A DNA stretch of 64,000 nt, taken from the NCBI GenBank assembly GCA_964633905.1, contig CAZWIT010000003.1, forward strand, positions 3,193-67,192. Reading direction: 5' to 3'. Position 1 is the first letter of the stretch. Each line of letters starts with the position of its first letter. Shown in pieces: positions 30,833 to 39,894 of this stretch. A model generated the notes under the pieces. The model did not search any database and had not been told where the DNA came from. It worked only from the letters and a program-made list of their open reading frames with translations. This DNA comes from an uncultured Gammaproteobacteria bacterium (GTDB taxonomy: Bacteria; Patescibacteriota; Patescibacteriia; UBA1558; GWA2-36-10). The translations under genes and the position numbers were made by a program.

Positions 30833-33259
30833 TTAGTTAGCGACAATGCTAATAATCTTATTTTTGATATAGATAAATTTTTGAACACTCTTATTATCTA
30901 AAGATTTTAAGACCTTATCCCTTTGTAAAATAGTTTGTTTTAACTTTTCATCTATTTCTGTATCTATGGCTAGTTCAATAGTATCACGCAATTTACCGTT
31001 AATTTGAATTGCTACTGTTATTGTCTTATTTTTTAATAAGTCATTATTGTAAATCGGCCATTTGGCTAAACTAATACTACTCTCATGATCTAACTGCCAT
31101 AATTCCTCACTGATATGAGGAGCAAATGGCGACAATAAAATCAATATACTATGCCACGAAGATTCTGTTATTTTAGTTTGCTTATCAAAATGGTTTATTA
31201 AAATCATTAGCTGGGAAATAGCTGTATTAAACCGCATGTTCATAATATCCTCGCCAATTTTTTTAATACTTTGATGCAAAATACGTTCACTATCTTGATC
31301 TTGTTTAAATTGAAGATCTTTTTTAGTTTGCAATTCCCAAACTCTGTTTAAAAATCTGACCAAACCAGCTACACCCTTATCATCCCAAGCAATTGATTGA
31401 TCAAATGGTCCCATAAACATAATATACATGCGCAAAGCATCAGCTCCGTATTTGGCTATATATTCATCAGGATTTACCACATTGCCCTTAGATTTTGACA
31501 TTTTGACATTACCTTCACCCAAAATCATTCCTTGGGCAGTGCGCTTTTTATAAGGCTCATCACCCACTGCTTTTGGTATTACTCCAATATCATACAAAAA
31601 TTTAAAAATAAAGCGAGAATACAAAAGATGTAAAGTAGTGTGTTCATTACCGCCATTGTACCAATCTACTGGCAACCAATATTTAATTTTTTTTGGGTCA
31701 GCTAATTTTTTTTCATTTTTATTATCAACATATCTGACAAAATACCAATTAGAACCCGCCCAATTAGGCATAGTGTCCGTTTCACGCTTAGCTTTAGCGC
31801 CACATTTAGGACAAGTAGTGTTTACCCAATCATCAATAACAGCCAATGGCGACTGGCCTTCTGGACCAGGTTTAAAATCTTTGACTTCTGGTAATTTAAT
31901 CGGCAAATCGCTTTCTTTAACTGGCTGCCAGCTGCATTTTTCACAAAAAACCATCGGAATCGGCTCGCCCCAATAACGTTGTCTAGAAAAAATCCAATCA
32001 TGCAAACGATAATTAACCGTGGCCTTCCCGATTTTATTTTTCTTTAGCCAATTAACAATCTTTATTTTAAAATCATCAACTGTAAGTCCAGTAAATTGAC
32101 CGGAATTAATCATTACTCGACCATTAAGAGCTGGATAAGCTTCTACTTCCAAATCCCCACCTTCAATGACTGCTATCATTGGCAGCTGATATTTTTTAGC
32201 AAACTCCCAATCTCTTTGATCATGAGCTGGCACAGCCATAATAGCACCCGTGCCATAATTCATAGTTACGTAGTCAGCTACAAAAAGAGGTATCCGTTCT
32301 TTACTAGCTGGATTAATTACTTGAATGCCTTTTAACTGCACTCCAGTTTTAGCCTTGCTTAAACTTGCCCTTTCTAAATCAGATTTAAGAGTTGCTTGCT
32401 TAATATATTCTTGAACTTCTTTTAGATTTTCAATCTGTTTAGATAATTTATTAATAATCGGATGTTCAGGCGCCACCACCATAAAAGTCACGCCAAACAA
32501 AGTATCCGGTCTAGTGGTAAAAACTTTTAATTTTTCTGCTGTGTCAGCAATTTCAAAATCAATCTCTGCACCTTCTGACCTGCCAATCCAATTTTTTTGT
32601 TGAACCTTAATCTGCTCTAGAAAATCGACTTTATCTAAGTCATCAATCAAACGATCAGCATATTTGGTAATTCTTAGCAGCCATTGCTCTTTTTCTTTTT
32701 TAACAACTTCACTGCCACAACGCTCGCAAACACCATTAACCACCTCTTCGTTAGCCAAGCCAATCAAACAAGAAGTGCACCAATTAATATTTTCTTTAGC
32801 TTTATAGGCTAAACCCTGCTCCCATAATTTAATAAAAATCCATTGTGTAAAGCGATAATACTCGGGGTCAGTGGTTTCTAAAAACCGAGACCAATCAAAA
32901 CTATAGCCAGCTGCTTTTAGCTGACGAATAAAATTATCAATATTTTTTCTAGTTGTTTCCTGAGGAGGAATATTTTTTTTAATAGCGTAATTTTCAGCTG
33001 GCAAACCAAAAGCATCCATACCCATTGGATACAAAACACTTTTACCTAAAAAACGCTGATAACGACTAATAACATCCATAGCCGTATAAGAGCGCAAATG
33101 TCCGGCATGCAAACCTTCGCCAGAAGGATAAGGAAACTCAACTAGCGCATAAAACTTATTATCATTTTTCTCATTAGCCTGAAAAGTATTATTGTCAGCC
33201 CAGTATTTTTGCCACTTGGCTTCAATTTGATTAGCTTGATATTGATTAATTTTATCCAT
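30833..33259 (-). CDS. leuS: Leucyl-tRNA synthetase
   Basis: HAGHLRSY (HIGH-type motif) and KMSKSKGN. 808 aa. Confidence 0.9.
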   Translation of the reverse strand: MDKINQYQANQIEAKWQKYWADNNTFQANEKNDNKFYALVEFPYPSGEGLHAGHLRSYTAMDVISRYQRFLGKSVLYPMGMDAFGLPAENYAIKKNIPPQETTRKNIDNFIRQLKAAGYSFDWSRFLETTDPEYYRFTQWIFIKLWEQGLAYKAKENINWCTSCLIGLANEEVVNGVCERCGSEVVKKEKEQWLLRITKYADRLIDDLDKVDFLEQIKVQQKNWIGRSEGAEIDFEIADTAEKLKVFTTRPDTLFGVTFMVVAPEHPIINKLSKQIENLKEVQEYIKQATLKSDLERASLSKAKTGVQLKGIQVINPASKERIPLFVADYVTMNYGTGAIMAVPAHDQRDWEFAKKYQLPMIAVIEGGDLEVEAYPALNGRVMINSGQFTGLTVDDFKIKIVNWLKKNKIGKATVNYRLHDWIFSRQRYWGEPIPMVFCEKCSWQPVKESDLPIKLPEVKDFKPGPEGQSPLAVIDDWVNTTCPKCGAKAKRETDTMPNWAGSNWYFVRYVDNKNEKKLADPKKIKYWLPVDWYNGGNEHTTLHLLYSRFIFKFLYDIGVIPKAVGDEPYKKRTAQGMILGEGNVKMSKSKGNVVNPDEYIAKYGADALRMYIMFMGPFDQSIAWDDKGVAGLVRFLNRVWELQTKKDLQFKQDQDSERILHQSIKKIGEDIMNMRFNTAISQLMILINHFDKQTKITESSWHSILILLSPFAPHISEELWQLDHESSISLAKWPIYNNDLLKNKTITVAIQINGKLRDTIELAIDTEIDEKLKQTILQRDKVLKSLDNKSVQKFIYIKNKIISIVAN

Positions 33260-33332
33260 AAATTTTGCAAAATATAGAATTATTTTAACATTTTAAAGCT
33301 TAAAAATCAATGCGATAAGCATTAAGCAAATA

Positions 33333-34760
33333 TTGACTAAAATACTAATTTTTATTATGATATTAGTTAGTTTACTAATAGTATTTAAAATAGATTATAT
33401 TAGTATTTTTATTAAAAAAATTCTTACTAAATTAGCGATCCGCTTAGCCGATGGCTTTATTTGGGCAAAAAAAAGATCTCCCAAAGCTCTACGTCCTCTG
33501 AGTAAGGCTTTATTTGTAATTACTAAATTTACCCTACTGCCAATTATTTTATTGATTTACAAAAATATTGTCTTAATCAAAATTAAATTAAAAGGATTTA
33601 ATTTACGTAATGCTAATTATATAAAATTTTTTAAACGCATTTTCCCTGGCGTAGTGGTGGCTTTGATTTTTATTGGCACTACTACTCAAAATATTTTTGC
33701 TAAAGATTACAATACTGAAGAATATGCTAATCATACCTTATTATCATCTTTAATCAGAGCCGATGAAACCCAGTGGAGTGAAATTATTGAAGATTCAGAA
33801 CCCGCTAAAGCTAATAATGAAAGCAATAATTTTTTAGCTGAGCAAGGAAATTTACAAGAAATTGTTTACAATGATCCTAGTAACCCCAGCGAAACTAATA
33901 ATAATGATACAGGTGGTATTTCTGCTGATGCTACCAGCCTAGTAGTCGGTCCAGAAGAAAATGAACCTAGCGTTATTACTCGTACTACTAATATTCAATA
34001 TACAGTAGAAACAGGCGATGTCTTAAGTACTATCGCTGATAAATTTAATATTACGGTCAACACTATTCTCTGGTCTAATAATCTAACTTGGACTTCAGTT
34101 ATTAAGCCTGGACAAAAATTAACCATACCGCCAGGCTCTGGTATTAATCACGATGTAGTGCGTGGCGACACGATTGCTTCAATTGCCAAAAAATACCAAG
34201 CTGATGCCCAAAAAATTATTAGCGCTAATGGACTGGCTAGTGCCAGCGATATTCAAGTTGGCGATCTTATTTTTATACCAGAAGGTGTCAAGCCAACTCA
34301 GATTGTTTCTTCTTATAAACCACCTAAGAATAGCGAAAAACCACAAACTGGCAACGCCTATAGCGATGAATATGTTCCTCCAGCTACGACTGCCGCTACT
34401 GGCACTAAATTATTGTGGCCCGTCTTAAGTCATCGTATTACTCAATATTATAGTTGGCGTCATACTGGCTTAGACGTTGGCGATAAGGTTGGTAATCCTA
34501 TTTATGCTGCTGAAGACGGCAAGGTAGAAAGATCAGGCTGGTCCAATGGCTACGGCTACAACGTAATTATTAATCATGGCAATGGCGTACAAACACTCTA
34601 TGGTCATGCTAGCAAACTATTGGTTAAAGCTGGCGACACTGTTTCCCGAGGACAAACCATAGCTTTGATAGGATCAACTGGCTGGTCAACTGGACCCCAT
34701 CTACACCTAGAAGTAAGGGAAAGTGGTGTTAGGAAAAACCCATTAAACTATATTAAATAA
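33333..34760 (+). CDS. M23 family peptidoglycan peptidase with two LysM domains
   Basis: LysM motifs YTVETGDVLSTIADKFNITVNTILWSNNL and HDVVRGDTIASIAKKYQADAQKII. C-terminal M23 motifs HTGLDVG...YGHASKL...GSTGWSTGPHLHLEV. Confidence 0.8.
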   Translation: MTKILIFIMILVSLLIVFKIDYISIFIKKILTKLAIRLADGFIWAKKRSPKALRPLSKALFVITKFTLLPIILLIYKNIVLIKIKLKGFNLRNANYIKFFKRIFPGVVVALIFIGTTTQNIFAKDYNTEEYANHTLLSSLIRADETQWSEIIEDSEPAKANNESNNFLAEQGNLQEIVYNDPSNPSETNNNDTGGISADATSLVVGPEENEPSVITRTTNIQYTVETGDVLSTIADKFNITVNTILWSNNLTWTSVIKPGQKLTIPPGSGINHDVVRGDTIASIAKKYQADAQKIISANGLASASDIQVGDLIFIPEGVKPTQIVSSYKPPKNSEKPQTGNAYSDEYVPPATTAATGTKLLWPVLSHRITQYYSWRHTGLDVGDKVGNPIYAAEDGKVERSGWSNGYGYNVIINHGNGVQTLYGHASKLLVKAGDTVSRGQTIALIGSTGWSTGPHLHLEVRESGVRKNPLNYIK

Positions 34761-34829
34761 AATATCTTCAAAATATAAAACCAGCCCTGCGCCATACGGT
34801 GCAGGGCTGGTTTTTAAATACCCTTTAAT

Positions 34830-36191
34830 TTACATGGGCAAGCTTTCCAAAAGTCCCGACCCTAATGGATTGTAACCATTTTCTATTTCTTCTGCATCCG
34901 AATAGCCGTCGCCATCTGTATCTACCTTATCAACATCGGTACCATAGAGATCTTCTTCAAAATCTAAAAGGCCGTCGCCATCTGTATCTACTGACATGTC
35001 TAAATTAGTTTCATCAAATTGTAAATAATTTTCTGGTGAAAAAAATTGTGACATTATTTTATTAGAAAAATCTAAAAATTTAATCGTGGGTTCTGGCTTA
35101 GTTACCGTTTGAGCATTAGCTTCACTAACTTCATAATTTAAAACAATGTCAAATTGACGACTACCAAAATCATCTTTAAAAGTAATATCCAAAGCCTCAA
35201 CGTTAATTTCTTGAATAAATCTAGTCTTAGTATTTATCCAAACCGAAACTTTAGCTACTTCCAAAAACTTAGCAAAAAAACTTTTTTCATCATCTGTCAT
35301 CTTGTTATCATACATCAACTCATCGATAGTCTTGACAAGATCATTCAATTTGCCTGGTGCTACACTATAATCAAATTTTCTAATCTGCCCAGAAGGTGTT
35401 GGTTTATTTTCGCGAGTATCTTTGTAAGTAAAAAAATTTTGTTCTGTAACTCGTTTAAAAAACTCTTCTTCTTTTTTCTGGCTATCTTGCAAATATTCCT
35501 CTACTGATTTATTAGCGTCAGCCGCATTACTCTCGCTAATCCATTTATCAATATCATTGATACTTATCTCTACCCACTCCTCTCCTAAATCAAGTGGATT
35601 TTGTAATGAAGGAATTTCTAATTTATTTAGCTCCGGCTTTACATAAATATCCTGATCAATTTTTTTAAAAAAAGTATTAAAATCAAAGCTAATATCTTTA
35701 GTATTTAAAGTTAATTTAACTTGCCCGCTAGCTTGATTGCCTGACTGGTGATTATTATAAATAACACCCAAACCAGCCCCCTCTAAAGAAACACCATCGC
35801 CTAAACCTAAAAAATCTTGATTACTACTCAGGCCTTTTTCATCCAAAATATCATGCAATTTTAAGCTAAAACTAACATTTTCCTTATAATTTTCCCAGGT
35901 AGGCAAATTTGCACCTTTATTTAGCCACAAACCCTGACCATAAGCCACATAAAACCAAGCCCCACCTCCTAAAAATAATAAAATCAGGACAATAATAATG
36001 ATTGATTTAATACTAAAACTTCTTTTAATCTTAGTAGCTTGATTAACACGCTTGGCTAGCCCTGGGTCCAAAGAAACACCGGGCATGCCTAATGGCTTAC
36101 CAGATATAGGCATCGTACTAACTGGTATTAATTCTGGACTACTCTCAGTCGGCGGATTTGGTATTTGCGTTGATTGATTTAAAGTTTCCAT
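34830..36191 (-). CDS. Membrane-anchored extracytoplasmic protein with C-terminal thrombospondin type-3-like Ca-binding repeats
   Basis: TM helix IIIIVLILLFLGGGAWFYVAY. C-terminus DTDGDGLLDFEEDLYGTDVDKVDTDGDGYSDAEE. Confidence 0.45.
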   Translation of the reverse strand: METLNQSTQIPNPPTESSPELIPVSTMPISGKPLGMPGVSLDPGLAKRVNQATKIKRSFSIKSIIIIVLILLFLGGGAWFYVAYGQGLWLNKGANLPTWENYKENVSFSLKLHDILDEKGLSSNQDFLGLGDGVSLEGAGLGVIYNNHQSGNQASGQVKLTLNTKDISFDFNTFFKKIDQDIYVKPELNKLEIPSLQNPLDLGEEWVEISINDIDKWISESNAADANKSVEEYLQDSQKKEEEFFKRVTEQNFFTYKDTRENKPTPSGQIRKFDYSVAPGKLNDLVKTIDELMYDNKMTDDEKSFFAKFLEVAKVSVWINTKTRFIQEINVEALDITFKDDFGSRQFDIVLNYEVSEANAQTVTKPEPTIKFLDFSNKIMSQFFSPENYLQFDETNLDMSVDTDGDGLLDFEEDLYGTDVDKVDTDGDGYSDAEEIENGYNPLGSGLLESLPM

Positions 36192-36198
36192 AAATAAA

Positions 36199-36684
36199 TT
36201 AATTATTTTTTAAACGTACATAAAAAAAGAAAGTAACTAAAGCCCACATATAAAGTGCTGGTAGCCAAGACCACATCCACCAAATAGTAAAACCGGATAA
36301 ACAAGCTATTAGCACTATCATTTGAAATTTTTCCGTAGAAGTAAACTTTTCATTAATACTAATAATTGATAAACACCAAGCTAGCGACATAAATAAAATT
36401 ACCAAAGTATCTACTCGATAATTTTTAATAATATACTCGCCCCAATATTTAATAATTATTAAATACACCAAAGCCACAAAAGAATTTAGAAAAAGTCCAT
36501 AAATATCAGTTGCTTCTGCATTACGTTTGACCAAGGAATCATAAATAAGCTCAAGCAAAGAGCCTATCAAAAAATAAAAAACAAGTGCCACTAATATTGC
36601 CACTAAAATAAAAAATAAATACGGCCAGTATTGCTGCAATAAATTTAAAAAATATTCCTGATTAATCATTAATTTAATCTCCAA
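36199..36684 (-). CDS. Integral membrane protein of unknown function
   Basis: 161 aa with 4-5 TM helices. Overlaps tspO by 16 nt. Confidence 0.35.
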   Translation of the reverse strand: MEIKLMINQEYFLNLLQQYWPYLFFILVAILVALVFYFLIGSLLELIYDSLVKRNAEATDIYGLFLNSFVALVYLIIIKYWGEYIIKNYRVDTLVILFMSLAWCLSIISINEKFTSTEKFQMIVLIACLSGFTIWWMWSWLPALYMWALVTFFFYVRLKNN

Positions 36685-37139
36685 ATAGTAAAATTTAAGA
36701 AACTGGCAAAACTAACCCACAGTAGATATGGAATTAATAAACTAGCTGCCAATTTATTAATTGGCCAAAATTTAACTATAATAATTAAAATAAAAAACCA
36801 CAAGAAAACAATCTCTGCTAGCGCCAATCCTGGATTCTGTAGACCAAAAAATAGAACTGACCATAAAACATTAGCCAAAAGATGCACATAAAAAAACCAC
36901 AAAGCTGATTTCTTTAGTTTAGATTTGCTCTGTCTAATATAATAAACTGATATTCCCATTAAAATAAAAAGTAAGGTCCAAACTGGTCCAAACCAACTAC
37001 TAGGTGGATTCCAACTAGGTTTGTTTAAAAACTGGTACCAACTAGCGATATTGGGTGTAGTAAAAATTGAGCCAATAGCTCCAGCCGCTAAACAAAGACC
37101 AATGCTCAAAATTAAACTTAAGGCTGATTTTTTATCCAT
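36669..37139 (-). CDS. tspO: TspO/MBR family tryptophan-rich sensory protein
   Basis: WYQFLNKPSWNPPSSWFGPVWTLLFILMGIS, five TM helices, ~155 aa. Confidence 0.75.
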   Translation of the reverse strand: MDKKSALSLILSIGLCLAAGAIGSIFTTPNIASWYQFLNKPSWNPPSSWFGPVWTLLFILMGISVYYIRQSKSKLKKSALWFFYVHLLANVLWSVLFFGLQNPGLALAEIVFLWFFILIIIVKFWPINKLAASLLIPYLLWVSFASFLNFTIWRLN

Positions 37140-37236
37140 ATAATAAATAATTACTCTAATATTATAACATTTTTTAAAATAAAATAAAAACGACCCAATT
37201 TCTTAACTTAAAGACTGGATCGTTTTAAAATAATAA

Positions 37237-37713
37237 CTAAGGTCGAGCTATGTACCATAATTTATTAATGCCTTGTCCTAAGACATCGCCCATTTTTTTA
37301 TCTTTGCTATAATAATACAAGGGCTGACCATTATAAGTTATCTGAACTTGACCATCATTACGTTCAATAGCACCTAAAACACCACTCAAGCCAAGCCCTA
37401 AAGCCATATCAGCTTCATTTAAAAGTGGCGGCCAATCTTTACTACAAGTGTCCAAACACTTACTTTGACCAGCACCATCATCTTTGAAGGTATATAAAGT
37501 CAGACCTGATTTATCTACTAAATAATTTCCTAGAATTTCATCACTATTTACTAATATTACTATATTGCTAGCAGCTGGCTCTGTTTGGTATAAACTGGTA
37601 ATAATTGATTTATTTAACTTAGCTGAGAATAATAATAAGGCTGAGCCAATGACTAAAAAATATAAAGCCATAATTGGCCAAAAGTGAGCTTGTTTCTTTT
37701 TATTATTTTGCAT
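37237..37713 (-). CDS. Secreted or lipoprotein-like protein with the COG4315 'secreted repeat' (YxxD/ tandem G-x-x-L) motif
   Basis: N-terminal TM/signal segment, then LVDKSGLTLYTFKDDGAGQSKCLDTCSKDWPPL...YNGQPLYYYSKD. Confidence 0.45.
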   Translation of the reverse strand: MQNNKKKQAHFWPIMALYFLVIGSALLLFSAKLNKSIITSLYQTEPAASNIVILVNSDEILGNYLVDKSGLTLYTFKDDGAGQSKCLDTCSKDWPPLLNEADMALGLGLSGVLGAIERNDGQVQITYNGQPLYYYSKDKKMGDVLGQGINKLWYIARP

Positions 37714-37805
37714 AAATATTTATTAATATTCTAATTATACCACTTTTTGCCTAATAAAAAAATACCGCTTTAGCGGTATTTTTATTTTATTTTTTATCTA
37801 GTAAT

Positions 37806-38186
37806 TTAACCTTCAACCTCCACTTTAAAGCCGCCGACAGCCATACGCTTCATATCAAATGGCATTTGAATATCGGTATTGTCTTTATACTTTTCGCTCA
37901 TTTCGTCCATTACTTTTTTAGTTACCTCGTCCCGATGTTCTTTGGATTTATAAACAATAAATGAAAACCAAACGGTCTCGTCTGAATTTGCTTTTGCTAA
38001 TTCAGTAAAGGCAAGCGACTTTATCCCACCCATCTCTTTTGCTCCTAAATCATCACCTATACACTCATAGTACTCGAGGGCACCATGTTTCATCCACATA
38101 TCTCTTCCCTCGCTTGCCATTTTTTTATATTCTTCGGTTTTGTCTCTTGGAACTACCAATACAAAACCATCTATATATTTTGTCAT
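37806..38186 (-). CDS. DUF1428-family small protein
   Basis: MTKYIDGFVLVVPRDKTEEYKKMA...HGALEYYECIGDD resembles DUF1428 family members. Confidence 0.4.
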   Translation of the reverse strand: MTKYIDGFVLVVPRDKTEEYKKMASEGRDMWMKHGALEYYECIGDDLGAKEMGGIKSLAFTELAKANSDETVWFSFIVYKSKEHRDEVTKKVMDEMSEKYKDNTDIQMPFDMKRMAVGGFKVEVEG

Positions 38187-38222
38187 AATGTTTAATTTAT
38201 TACCTGTTAATAAAATTTATCT

Positions 38223-38311
38223 TGGCGGAGGCGGAAGGATTCGAACCTTCGATCCCTTTGGGGGATAACACTTTTCGAGAGTGCCCCATTCAACCACTCT
38301 GGCACGCCTCC
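38223..38311 (-). tRNA. tRNA-Ser (anticodon CGA)
   Basis: RC reads GGAGGCGTGCCAGAGTGGTTGAATGGGGCACTCTCGAAAAGTGTTATCCCCCAAAGGGATCGAAGGTTCGAATCCTTCCGCCTCCGCCA. 7-bp acceptor stem, anticodon loop CTCGAAA, long variable arm, CCA encoded. Confidence 0.85.
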
Positions 38312-38441
38312 TAGTAATCCTAAGAATATTTAATTTTACTTGTAAAGTCAAATACTATGATTTATACTTAATAAGAAGAGGCTAGCTAAATTTACTTTAA
38401 TAAACATAGTCTCCGCACCAGCACAACCTTAAGGAGAAGGC

Positions 38442-38933
38442 ATGCTACTGCTTGTCACTCTAGCTCACCCTCGGATCTTTTACAAAGTCGTAAACGCTAA
38501 AATCTATCAAATCACATTGCCCAGCGGCCAATATATTTTCCGCAAAATTATTAACCCTATTAACCCAGAACTCAAGGATTGGCTTATCCTAGACGAGCCT
38601 CAACTTATCAACACTGATTTTTCAGCCAATGATATTATTGGCGCATGTTATGAATATATGATGTTTTGGTGCCAGACACCAAGTTTGTTTGCCTTTAACG
38701 ATATGATAATCGCCATGGAAGAACTTGCTACTGTAGCTGTAGCCAATGATCAATCAGAAGGTATAATCCTACAGCCAGCTAAATTAGCTAAAATCATACA
38801 CCTACCACCAAATTACCCTCCCTTTGCCCGAGTACCCAAGAGACATCAATTTAAAACTTACGTTACGACTCCGATAATCATCGGAAGGAGAAAATGGAAC
38901 CCGGCCGCGCGCCGAATCATGAGTTGCTCTTAA
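38442..38933 (+). CDS. Hypothetical protein (163 aa) lying between two tRNA genes
   Basis: Strong RBS AAGGAGAAGG 6 nt before the ATG. A strong intrinsic terminator follows. No recognisable domain. GC content looks higher than the flanking DNA. Confidence 0.4.
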   Translation: MLLLVTLAHPRIFYKVVNAKIYQITLPSGQYIFRKIINPINPELKDWLILDEPQLINTDFSANDIIGACYEYMMFWCQTPSLFAFNDMIIAMEELATVAVANDQSEGIILQPAKLAKIIHLPPNYPPFARVPKRHQFKTYVTTPIIIGRRKWNPAARRIMSCS

Positions 38934-38950
38934 GCAATATATCCTTCCCT

Positions 38951-38980
38951 GCCGCCGGACTAGGCTTCGGCGGCTTTTTT
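38951..38980 (+). terminator. Intrinsic terminator after the 163-aa ORF
   Basis: Stem GCCGCCG/CGGCGGC with a 10-nt loop, followed by TTTTTT. Confidence 0.7.
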
Positions 38981-39159
38981 ATAAAAAAATAGCCGGGTCG
39001 GCTATCATAAAATCTTTATTAATTATTTAATGACTTTCTCAAAACTCGTGCCTCTCGACTCGCTATGCTCGCTCGAGACATTCGACTACTAATAATAAAT
39101 AATTTTATTAGCTGGCCGAAGGCCATGAGCGAAGTTTTACGAAGTAAAACGGAGTCGAA

Positions 39160-39247
39160 TGGTGCCGAAGGGGAGATTTGAACTCCCACGACCTTTCGAT
39201 CACACGGCTCTGAACCGTGCGTGTCTACCAAATTCCACCACTTCGGC
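39160..39247 (-). tRNA. tRNA-Leu (anticodon CAG)
   Basis: RC reads GCCGAAGTGGTGGAATTTGGTAGACACGCACGGTTCAGAGCCGTGTGATCGAAAGGTCGTGGGAGTTCAAATCTCCCCTTCGGCACCA. Anticodon loop TTCAGAG, long variable arm. Confidence 0.85.
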
Positions 39248-39354
39248 ATATCAATAATTTAACCAGCAAAATTATACTACTATAAAACTCGCTAGTAAAG
39301 ACCGCAGACCCAATTAGCTTGCCTAAAAATATAAATAACAAAAAACCTCCTGGC

Positions 39355-39894
39355 TTAGGAAGTTTTTTGATTAAGATCAATTTCTAAATAATCAAATGGT
39401 TCTCCAAAATTATACCAATTATCCAAACGACGAATAAATGCCACTGCTGGCAACTTTTGCAAACGCTGGCTAAGGCCAGTCGAAACTCGAACATGCATAC
39501 TAATCTTATCAAAACCTTTTTGTTTAGCAATTTTTATCAGTTCATGAAAAACTAAGTTGGCCAAACCTAAGCCCCGATGCCCAATTTTAATAGCTATTGA
39601 ATCTATATATAGAGCCTTATCGTCTAAAACAAAATCCTTATCGTACTTTATTAAATCTGGGTACTCATCATTATGTGGCACAGACGCAAGGTAGCCAACA
39701 ATTTGCTCATTATTAAAAATTAATAAATGGATACCTTTTTTATTTGAAATAATTGTTTTTATTTCCTCTGGACTAGACTGCATCAGCGGCGGAAAAACTT
39801 CCCTTTCTACAGCCAATATTTGCTCTAGGCTAATTTCACTAAAATCATGCAATTGTTTAATACTGTCAATAGTATTTATCTTTTTTTTAATCAT
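39355..39894 (-). CDS. GNAT family N-acetyltransferase
   Basis: IGHRGLGLANLVFHELIKIAKQKGFDKISMHV is the acetyl-CoA binding motif R-x-x-G-x-G/A. Confidence 0.65.
   Translation of the reverse strand: MIKKKINTIDSIKQLHDFSEISLEQILAVEREVFPPLMQSSPEEIKTIISNKKGIHLLIFNNEQIVGYLASVPHNDEYPDLIKYDKDFVLDDKALYIDSIAIKIGHRGLGLANLVFHELIKIAKQKGFDKISMHVRVSTGLSQRLQKLPAVAFIRRLDNWYNFGEPFDYLEIDLNQKTS

Noticed and set aside
39019-39249. The 76-aa minus-strand ORF
   Set aside because: It overlaps the tRNA-Leu gene and the palindromic block, so it is a spurious ORF.
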